Shown here piece after piece: positions 57,134 through 64,000 of a stretch of DNA of 64,000 nt. The notes beneath the pieces were generated by a model. That model did no database searches, was not told the origin of the DNA, and was given only the letters and a program-made list of their open reading frames with translations. Made by a program: the position numbers and the translations under genes. The stretch covers positions 920-64,919 of the forward strand of contig JAXDKU010000003.1 of the NCBI GenBank assembly GCA_034667005.1. The letters are read 5' to 3'. Source of the stretch: Chloroflexota bacterium (GTDB taxonomy: Bacteria; Chloroflexota; Limnocylindria; Limnocylindrales; CSP1-4). How positions within the stretch are numbered: position 1 is the stretch's first letter; every line of letters begins with the position of its first letter.

Positions 57134-58978
57134 TTGGTCCTCGCGGCGACCGTCGTCCTGCATCTTCCGAGCCTCGGCCAGCCGCTCGTCGAAGGCAACC
57201 ATGCCTTCAGGCAGACCCAGACAGCCTGGACCGCGCTGCTCTTTCACGAGACCGGCATCGATCTCTTCCGCCCGCTGGTGCCCGTCCTCGGACCGCCGTA
57301 CGAGATCCCCTTCGAGTTCCCGCTGTTTCAGGCGCTCGCCAGCCTGCCGATGGACCTGGGGGTCGATCCGGACGTAGCCCTGCGCGCCACGGGCCTCCTG
57401 ATGTTCGCCATCACGGCGTGGCTGGTCTGGCGGTTGACCAGGCGATTGACCGACGAGCGGACCGGTGTCGTGGCGCTCGTCGCGTTCCTATTCACGCCGC
57501 TCGGCCTTCTGTGGTCCCGAACATCGATGATCGAGTTCCTCGTCACCGCCGCCGGTCTTGCCTACATCCTCGCGGCGCTGGAGTGGCGTTCCAGTGAGCG
57601 TGCGCGCTGGTATTTCGGTGCCATCGTCGCGGGCGCCATCGCAATGCTCGTCAAGCCCACGACGGCCGGTCTATTCCTCCTGCCCATTCTCGTGCTCGGG
57701 TGGGAAGGCTCCCGGCGGCTGCGTCGGCGAGGCGTTCCGGTCGGACGCTTTCTCGTCGCCTTGGGCGCACTGCTGGCGGTTCCCATCGGCCTCGGCGTCG
57801 CGTGGACGGCGTACTCCGACGCGGTCAAGTCGGGCACGGAGTTTGCCGCCTGGCTGACGACCGCCAATCTCCGCAACTTCACGTTCGGGACGTTCCAGCA
57901 GCGCCTCGCGTGGGACCAATGGCGCCACTTCGTCGGCCGCGCCGATTGGCTTCTGTTCGGGGGCGCGCTCGCGGCCTGGCCGGTCGTCGCGGTCGTTGCC
58001 ATGGTCAGGCATCCGCGTCGCGCGGTGCTCCTCGCCCTGGCTGCGGGAATCGCCATCGGGCCACTCGTGTTCACGAACCTGTACTTCGTCCACGACTACT
58101 ACCTGGCGGCGATCAGCCCGGTGGTGGCGATCGTTGTCGCCGTCGGCGCCGTGTGGTTGTGGCGCCAGCGACCTCCGGTGGGCAGGCTGGCGGCCACCGC
58201 ACTCGCGGTTGTCTGGTGCCTGTCGCTCTACCAGCAGCGAGACTATTGGATGGTCCAGTACCGGATCTCGGACGACGAGGGAGCCATCGCCGCCGCGCGC
58301 GTGATCGCCGACCACAGCGATCCGTCCGAGGCGGTGGTGATCACCGGCCGCGACTGGGACCCTGCGGCGCTGTACTACGCCCGGCGACGCGGCCTGATGA
58401 TCATCGGCGACCCGAATCCTTCGCTCGCGAAGGCGCTCGCGGACCCATTGCGCGGACGGCTGCTCGAGCTGGGATTCCGGACGGTCTTCGACTGCCCGAG
58501 GTTCACGACCATCTGCAACCCGATCGATATCGCGTCGGGCGCCGCACCGCCGGGCGATCGCGGCCTGTTTGTCGGCGCGATGGCCGACTTCCGCCTCACG
58601 CCGGTCGACGGAGCCGCTCAACCTGGTGCGGGCGTCCTTTCTCCGCCGGTCGTCGAGCACAGCGCGGCGATCGGCATCTCCGCCGACGGGGACGGCTGCC
58701 TCGTGTTGCGTGCCGAGGCGTCCGATCCGCAGGTCTGGTTCGAGGCGGCCGCCGGCAGTGCGTACACGCTCCGCACGGATGCCGCCGGCACGGCGCAGGT
58801 GTTCCTCTTCCGGGACGAGCTCCCCCGAGAGCTCGATTCGTTGCGCCTCACCGCCGTGCCTGGATCGACGTACCGGATTGACATTCCGGCGCCCGTCGAC
58901 GGACGGGCGTGGGGCGTTCGCGTCGATCCGCCGGACGGCTCACGGGCCGCCCAGCTGTGCGCGATCGCGGCCCAGTAG
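57134..58978 (+). CDS. GT-C fold glycosyltransferase (ArnT/PMT-like, polyprenyl-P-sugar dependent) with C-terminal soluble domain
   Basis: N-terminal ~380 aa with ~10 TM helices and an early conserved loop (LVEGNHAFRQTQTA). The TTG start at 57134 is uncertain (in-frame CTG at 57086 with GGAGG upstream). Confidence 0.72.
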   Translation: MVLAATVVLHLPSLGQPLVEGNHAFRQTQTAWTALLFHETGIDLFRPLVPVLGPPYEIPFEFPLFQALASLPMDLGVDPDVALRATGLLMFAITAWLVWRLTRRLTDERTGVVALVAFLFTPLGLLWSRTSMIEFLVTAAGLAYILAALEWRSSERARWYFGAIVAGAIAMLVKPTTAGLFLLPILVLGWEGSRRLRRRGVPVGRFLVALGALLAVPIGLGVAWTAYSDAVKSGTEFAAWLTTANLRNFTFGTFQQRLAWDQWRHFVGRADWLLFGGALAAWPVVAVVAMVRHPRRAVLLALAAGIAIGPLVFTNLYFVHDYYLAAISPVVAIVVAVGAVWLWRQRPPVGRLAATALAVVWCLSLYQQRDYWMVQYRISDDEGAIAAARVIADHSDPSEAVVITGRDWDPAALYYARRRGLMIIGDPNPSLAKALADPLRGRLLELGFRTVFDCPRFTTICNPIDIASGAAPPGDRGLFVGAMADFRLTPVDGAAQPGAGVLSPPVVEHSAAIGISADGDGCLVLRAEASDPQVWFEAAAGSAYTLRTDAAGTAQVFLFRDELPRELDSLRLTAVPGSTYRIDIPAPVDGRAWGVRVDPPDGSRAAQLCAIAAQ

Positions 58979-58988
58979 GCTGCCAGGG

Positions 58989-59873
58989 ATGCTCACCTTC
59001 GTTACGGATCCAGGAGCCGTCGCCCAGAGCCGCGCCACGCTTGAGGCCGCGCTGAATGCCGCGGCGGCGAGAGATCTCAGCGACGTCGAACGAGAGGCCA
59101 GAGAACGCCCCGACGCGTCGATCGCGGAACTGTTCGGGGACTGGGCGCTCATGGACTATGCGGCGCTCTACCTCGCGGACCTGGCGCCGTACCCGTCGCT
59201 TGAGCAGCGCCTGCCGCGGATGCCGCCGCCAGAGGTCCAGCGCGGGTGGACCGGATCTTCTGGGGCGAGCTTGATGATGCAGAGCGTCGCGTTCGTCGAA
59301 CGGTTGCGCAGCGCGTACGAGACGCTGACCGGGCGGCACCTCCAATCCGCGACGGCTCTCGACTACGGAGCGGGCTGGGGTCGCTTGACTCGCCTCATGC
59401 TCCCGTATGTCCCCGACGGCCGCCTGTTCGCCTGCGACGCGTGGGAACGAGCCCGCCGGCTGTTCGATGGGCTGGGCTTCCCGTTCAGGAGCGACGCGGT
59501 CGACGAGATTCCGACCTCGCTGCCGTATCGGGACGGACAGTTCGACCTGGTCTGGCTCTTCTCCGTGCTGACGCACCTGCCGGCCGACCGGGCCGATGCC
59601 GTCATGCGATCTCTGCCCCGGATCGTCAGTCCGGAAGGCTTGGTCGTCATCACCGTGCGGCCGCCACAACGCTGGCGATCGGAGCCCGTGCTGGCCGCGG
59701 CCCACGACCGAGATGGCTTCGCGCATCAGCCCGCGGGGGAAGGCTGGGGCGAGACATCGATGTCGCTCGACTACATCGCGCGTCGATGGCCGCAATGGCA
59801 GGTGTTGGGGTCCGAGCGAAACCTCCTCGATCCGCTCCAGAACGTGGTTCGCTTGCGGCGCGCGCCTTCGTAG
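58989..59873 (+). CDS. class I SAM-dependent methyltransferase
   Basis: ALDYGAGWGRLTRLM motif I and a downstream acidic motif (LVWLFSVLTHLP). Confidence 0.75.
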   Translation: MLTFVTDPGAVAQSRATLEAALNAAAARDLSDVEREARERPDASIAELFGDWALMDYAALYLADLAPYPSLEQRLPRMPPPEVQRGWTGSSGASLMMQSVAFVERLRSAYETLTGRHLQSATALDYGAGWGRLTRLMLPYVPDGRLFACDAWERARRLFDGLGFPFRSDAVDEIPTSLPYRDGQFDLVWLFSVLTHLPADRADAVMRSLPRIVSPEGLVVITVRPPQRWRSEPVLAAAHDRDGFAHQPAGEGWGETSMSLDYIARRWPQWQVLGSERNLLDPLQNVVRLRRAPS

Positions 59874-59915
59874 CATCCGGCCGCGGCAGATTCGGCAGCG
59901 TCGGTTGCCGGCCGG

Positions 59916-61427
59916 TCAGTCCAGGTGGATGCCCACCGCCTGGAGCGCGCTGGCACCCAGCAGCGCCACATCCAGGAGGATCACGAGCCCGACGCTGACG
60001 ATCGCCACGAGGTTCAGGCCGCGTCCGTTCGCATGCCGGCCCATCAGCCGCCGGTTGTTCACGAGCAGGACCATGAAGACCAGGACCACGGGGAGCAGCA
60101 GGCCCTGGAGGTACTGGCTGCTGACGATCAGCCCGATCAGGTCCAGGCCGGGCACCAGCGTTACCACGGCGCCGGCCACGAGCACGAACGTGAACAGTCC
60201 GAAGAACGCGGGCGCATCCCGCACGGGCTTGCCGACGCCCGATTCCCAGCCGAACGCCTCGCAGATCACGAAGGCCGTGCTGATCGGCATGATCATCGCG
60301 GCGAGGACGCTCGCCCCGAAGAGGCCGGCACCGAACAGCCCGGTTGAGAGGTCCCCGGCGACGGGCCGCAGCGCCTCCGCGGCCTGGGCGGCGTCCGTCA
60401 GCGCGACGCCCGCCCCGAAGAGCGTGGCCGCGGTGGCCACCACGATGCAGACGGCGATGACGTTGGTCCACACGGAGCCGAGGATCGCGTCGGCACGCTC
60501 GTAGCCCAGCTCCTCTTCCACGATGCCCTTCTCGGCGACCGCGGACTGGAGGTAGAACTGCATGTACGGCGTGATCGTCGTCCCGACGAGGGCCACGGCG
60601 AGCAGGAGGACCTGGAGCATCGGGACGCCGGCGACGCTGAGCGACGGATGCGTCAGCCCGGCAGCGATCTGCGAGCCGTCAGGGCGCGCCAGGTACGCCG
60701 CGGCGATGTACGTCACGAACACCAGGCTGATCAGCAGGAAGAGGCGCTCGAGGCGCCGGTAGCTGGCGAACACGACGACGCCCCACAGCGCGACCGCCAG
60801 CACAGGCACCGTGATGAGCCGCGAGACTCCGAAGATCTCCAGCGCGGCCGAGGCGCCCGCGAACTCGGCCACGGTGTTGGCGAGGTTCGCCACGAGCAGC
60901 ACGAGCATGGCGAAGGCGGTCCAGCGGACGCCGAACCAGTCGCGGATCAGGTCGGAGAGGCCCTGCCCCGTCACGGTGCCGAGCCGCGCCGCCATCTCCT
61001 GCACCACGGCCAGCACGACGATCGTGATGGGGAAGAGCCACAGCAGCGTGTAGCCGGTCCGAGCGCCGAGGACCGAGTACGTCGTGATGCCGCCCGCATC
61101 GTTGCCGGCGATGCCTGCGATGAGGCCCGGCCCGAGGACCGCCAGGAGCGGCGCGGCGCGCCGGATTCGGATCCGCGGCCGGCGGATGACGCGGCCCGGC
61201 AGTGGGAGGCGGCGAGGGGCGACGCGCGGCAGGGGGCCCAGGCGGACGCCGGGCACGAGGCGCCGCGCCGCACTCGTCAGACCCTGGGCCGACACCCCCG
61301 TGGCGGCGGACACGGCGGGGGCCCCCGGCGGCGTGCCCGGTGCGCCGGCAGCTTCCGGCGTCGGCGCAACTCCCGGCGTTTCGGGCGTCGCCGATTCGTT
61401 GCCGTTGCCGCCACGTCCGATGCGCAT
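59916..61427 (-). CDS. Nramp-family divalent metal transporter
   Basis: GPGLIAGIAGNDAGGITT (DPGN-like) and MAARLGTVTGQG-like (MPH-like region) motifs. The ~95-aa P/A-rich N-terminal extension suggests the true start may be an internal GTG. Confidence 0.8.
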   Translation of the reverse strand: MRIGRGGNGNESATPETPGVAPTPEAAGAPGTPPGAPAVSAATGVSAQGLTSAARRLVPGVRLGPLPRVAPRRLPLPGRVIRRPRIRIRRAAPLLAVLGPGLIAGIAGNDAGGITTYSVLGARTGYTLLWLFPITIVVLAVVQEMAARLGTVTGQGLSDLIRDWFGVRWTAFAMLVLLVANLANTVAEFAGASAALEIFGVSRLITVPVLAVALWGVVVFASYRRLERLFLLISLVFVTYIAAAYLARPDGSQIAAGLTHPSLSVAGVPMLQVLLLAVALVGTTITPYMQFYLQSAVAEKGIVEEELGYERADAILGSVWTNVIAVCIVVATAATLFGAGVALTDAAQAAEALRPVAGDLSTGLFGAGLFGASVLAAMIMPISTAFVICEAFGWESGVGKPVRDAPAFFGLFTFVLVAGAVVTLVPGLDLIGLIVSSQYLQGLLLPVVLVFMVLLVNNRRLMGRHANGRGLNLVAIVSVGLVILLDVALLGASALQAVGIHLD

Positions 61428-61442
61428 GCCCGCCGCGCCCGC

Positions 61443-62705
61443 CTAGCTGCTGCGGCTGAAGAGCTTGGGCAGGCGCCGCTTCCAGGCCGTCGGCAGGACC
61501 GTGTCGATCGCGTCGTCCACGGTCACGATGCCCTCGATGCGCCCGTCGTCACCGATGACCGGCACCGCCAGCAGGTTGTAGCGGGCCACGACCTGGGCGA
61601 CCTCCTCCTGCGGCGTCAGCACCCCGACCGCGACCGGCTCCGCGAACATGAAGTCCCGCACGATCGACTTCGGCTGGGCGACCACCAGGTCTCGCAGCGA
61701 GAGCACACCGACCAGGCGGCCCTCGTGGTCGGTCACGTAGAGGTAGTAGATCGTCTCGGCGTCGGGCTCCAGCTCCCGGAGGCGCTCCAGCGTCTCCGCG
61801 GCGGTCAGGTCGGCGGAGATGGCGATGAACTCGGTGGTCATGATCCCGCCTGCCGACTCCTCCGGGTACCCGAGCAGGATCTGGACCTCCTCCGCCTCCT
61901 CCCGCTCCATGAGCGGCAGGATCTCGGCGCGCGCCGCCTCCGACAGGTCCGCCACCAGGTCCGCGGCGTCGTCCGGGCTCATCTCCTCGAGGATGTCGGC
62001 GGCCCGTTCCGGCGGCAGGTCCTCGAGCACCTCGACCTGCGTCTCCGGGTCCATCTCCTCGATGGCGTCCGCCGCGGCCTCGTCGTCCAGCGATGCCAGG
62101 ATGCCGGCGCGGTCGCGGGGCGCGAGCTGGTCGATGATCGTGGCGAGGTCGGCGGGGTGCAGCTCCCGGAGGCCCTGGTGAGGGACGCGCAGCCGGATGG
62201 AGGCGATGGACGTCTCGACCGGGTCGACGTCCTCCCAGTCGATGTACTTCTCCGGGTTGGGCAGCCGCAGGTTGCGTGCCAGCGTCCGGAACGGCCCCTC
62301 GAGGCCCAGGCGCCGCGCGATCCCGGACGGCCCCACGTCCACCGCGACGAGGTGGAGCGTGCCCTCGATCTCGTCGAGCCGCAGGTCGTTGACCCGCACG
62401 ACCTTGCGGCCGTCGATGTCCACGATCTGCTTGTCCTGGAGATCGGCGTAGAGCAGCAGCTCGTTGGGCCGCTGGGTGAACTTGTTGATGTCGATGACGT
62501 GCGTGCTCAGCTGGGCTCCGGCCGCGTCGAACGAGGACACGTCGGTCCACGGCAGGAAGATCCGGCGGCGTCCCGTGGACACGACCAGGCCGGTCACCGG
62601 CGGGTACTGCCCGCCGATGGCGACGATGAGGTCGGCCACCTTGCCGATCGGCTCTCCCTGCCGGTCGCGCACGGGCCGCCCGATCGCCTGGCTGAGGTAG
62701 AGCAT
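61443..62705 (-). CDS. MgtE N-domain plus tandem CBS-domain protein lacking the MgtE transmembrane domain
   Basis: A PRC-barrel-like N-terminus, an acidic MgtE_N region and two CBS domains. The ORF ends (…AWKRRLPKLFSRSS) with no hydrophobic helices. It is 16 bp upstream of the Nramp gene. Confidence 0.78.
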   Translation of the reverse strand: MLYLSQAIGRPVRDRQGEPIGKVADLIVAIGGQYPPVTGLVVSTGRRRIFLPWTDVSSFDAAGAQLSTHVIDINKFTQRPNELLLYADLQDKQIVDIDGRKVVRVNDLRLDEIEGTLHLVAVDVGPSGIARRLGLEGPFRTLARNLRLPNPEKYIDWEDVDPVETSIASIRLRVPHQGLRELHPADLATIIDQLAPRDRAGILASLDDEAAADAIEEMDPETQVEVLEDLPPERAADILEEMSPDDAADLVADLSEAARAEILPLMEREEAEEVQILLGYPEESAGGIMTTEFIAISADLTAAETLERLRELEPDAETIYYLYVTDHEGRLVGVLSLRDLVVAQPKSIVRDFMFAEPVAVGVLTPQEEVAQVVARYNLLAVPVIGDDGRIEGIVTVDDAIDTVLPTAWKRRLPKLFSRSS

Positions 62706-62745
62706 CTGTCCGAGTATGACTCTCCGCGCGGGGCGGGCGGACGCG

Positions 62746-63567
62746 TCAGCGGGCGCGCAGCAGCACGGCGTCCTGATGGGCGTTGATGCCGCGGTCCACG
62801 TGGCTCACGACCTCGAAGGTGCGGCCCCACACCTCGCGGACGTACTCCCGGCTGTGGAATGCGGACTGGTAGAAATCGGGAAGCCCGTCGAGCTTCAGGG
62901 CGCCCGTCTGCCCGACGACGTAGAGGAAGCCCTTCGACGCCATCCGCTCTCGCTGGGCGCGGGTCAGCTGCGCATCTGTCGCCGGCGAGTGGAGGCTCAC
63001 CAGGACGTGGCCTCCCGGCCGGGTGATGCGGCGGAGCTCCTGGAGCCAGGCGAGCTGCATGTCCTCGTCGAGGTGCGTGAAGACCGAGATCGAGAAGATG
63101 AAGTCGAAGAAGCCGTCGGGATACGCCGTCGGCGGCAGGTGCGGGTTGACGTCGAACTGGCCGAGCTGGGGCTGCTCGCGGCACCAGGCGATGAGCTCCG
63201 GATCGATGTCCGTCCCGAAGAGGCGGCAGGAGGCCGGCCGGTCCCCGAAGAAGCGCAGCACCCGGGCGCAGCCACAGCCGAAGTCCAGCACGGTCTCGAA
63301 GTCGTACAGCTCCAGGCCAGACGCTCGGAGCAGCGCCTGGATGTCGCGAGCGCACTGCGATCCCACGGCCAGGAACTCCGACCCGTCCAGGGAGCCGTGG
63401 ACCCGGAAGCGCAGCTTCGGCGGTGGGAGGGGGATGCCGTCTGCCGGCGCGCCCGCCCTTTGGTCGCGGGCTTCCGCCGCGCGAATCCGGAGGGGGAAGG
63501 TCGCGGCCTTCAGAAGCCCGTACAGCTTGTAGACCGGCCCGATGGATTTGAGGTCGGATCTGCGCAT
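62746..63567 (-). CDS. class I SAM-dependent methyltransferase
   Basis: VLDFGCGCARVLRFF motif I. ATG at 63567 with AGGGG 6 nt upstream. The upper part of the 407-aa track ORF is antisense to a plus-strand ORF. Confidence 0.72.
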   Translation of the reverse strand: MRRSDLKSIGPVYKLYGLLKAATFPLRIRAAEARDQRAGAPADGIPLPPPKLRFRVHGSLDGSEFLAVGSQCARDIQALLRASGLELYDFETVLDFGCGCARVLRFFGDRPASCRLFGTDIDPELIAWCREQPQLGQFDVNPHLPPTAYPDGFFDFIFSISVFTHLDEDMQLAWLQELRRITRPGGHVLVSLHSPATDAQLTRAQRERMASKGFLYVVGQTGALKLDGLPDFYQSAFHSREYVREVWGRTFEVVSHVDRGINAHQDAVLLRAR

Positions 63568-63660
63568 GGCGCCCCTATGATCCGGGATCGGGGTGGCAAG
63601 CCGTGATCCTCCACCGGAGGTCCGCGGCCATCCGCGGACGGGTGTGCCATCCTCGGCCGC

Positions 63661-64000
63661 GTGAGCCAGACGATCCTGCGACAGGCCGGCGTGGCGGACG
63701 ATCGCGCGGAGGGCCCCGCGGCCCCTGTCGGGCGCGAGGCGGACCTGAGCCCCGCCGATCCCGCCTCGGCGCCGCCAGGCGATCCGCCCAGGACCGACCC
63801 GCGTCGGGCCCCCGTCGACGAGGCCGGCCCCGATCCGCTCGCCGATGTCCTGGCGACCGTCCCGCCCGAATCCACGGTCACACGCGAGGTGCGGCTCGCC
63901 CGCATCCGGCGGATCGTGGCCCTGCTCATCGTCCTGCTCGTGGCGGCCCTCGTCTACGAGCTGCTTCAAGGGCCGCTCTCGCCGATCGACCTCGCCGAGG
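63661..64000 (+). CDS. partial ORF (3' truncated) encoding disordered N-terminus then TM helix
   Basis: Frame 1 is open from 63607 to the window end. It has a GC3-rich P/A/D-rich segment, then IVALLIVLLVAALVY. Start codon uncertain (GTG 63661). Confidence 0.3.
   Translation, partial: MSQTILRQAGVADDRAEGPAAPVGREADLSPADPASAPPGDPPRTDPRRAPVDEAGPDPLADVLATVPPESTVTREVRLARIRRIVALLIVLLVAALVYELLQGPLSPIDLAE

Noticed and set aside
60648-62786. 712-aa plus ORF antisense to the Nramp and MgtE-N/CBS genes
   Set aside because: It spans two independent minus-strand genes with clear motifs. The product is R/D/G-rich junk.

Overview
This 64-kb window is a roughly 70% GC bacterial chromosome segment with no rRNA, tRNA or CRISPR detected by eye. 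Gene content looks monoderm/Terrabacteria-like: an LCP ligase, FAS-II genes and a dTDP-rhamnose pathway.

The first ~23 kb is a housekeeping backbone. It holds a 5'-truncated PAS-GGDEF-EAL protein, surE with an AI-2E transporter, an orphan hypothetical, trpS, the hom-thrC-thrB operon, an SRPBCC-like ORF, lysC and birA. An ECF sigma/anti-sigma pair is translationally coupled to accD-accA-[BCCP-like lacking biotinyl-Lys]-accC. That operon continues into fabZ-metallophosphoesterase-fabF-accB-fabH-fabG.

At ~23.46-26.97 kb a visibly lower-GC insertion carries an 886-aa protein with an N-terminal TIR domain, a single TM helix, a Pro/Thr-rich linker and a C-terminal beta-propeller-like plus FN3-like ectodomain. 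An XRE-family HTH regulator follows it. I regard this as the most novel element: a putative transmembrane TIR receptor or defence sensor.

From 26.97 to 59.9 kb lies a ~33-kb cell-wall glycan locus. It encodes a WbaP-like priming transferase, rfbA/B/D and rfbC, four GT2 and five GT4 glycosyltransferases (one a GT4-GT2 fusion), a Wzy-like polymerase and a Wzx flippase alongside Wzm/Wzt ABC export. It also has a WbsX-like GT, a LicD-family transferase, three SAM methyltransferases, a UDP-sugar dehydrogenase, an epimerase and an LCP ligase. A polyprenyl-P-sugar GT2 with a flippase-like TM protein and a GT-C (ArnT/PMT-like) enzyme together suggest an extracytoplasmic decoration module. Two of the glycosyltransferases share an unusual ~38-aa tandem repeat at the N-terminus.

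The right end encodes an Nramp transporter next to a TM-less MgtE-N/CBS protein, a methyltransferase and a partial plus-strand ORF. Many long antisense 'shadow' ORFs in the track are GC artefacts.
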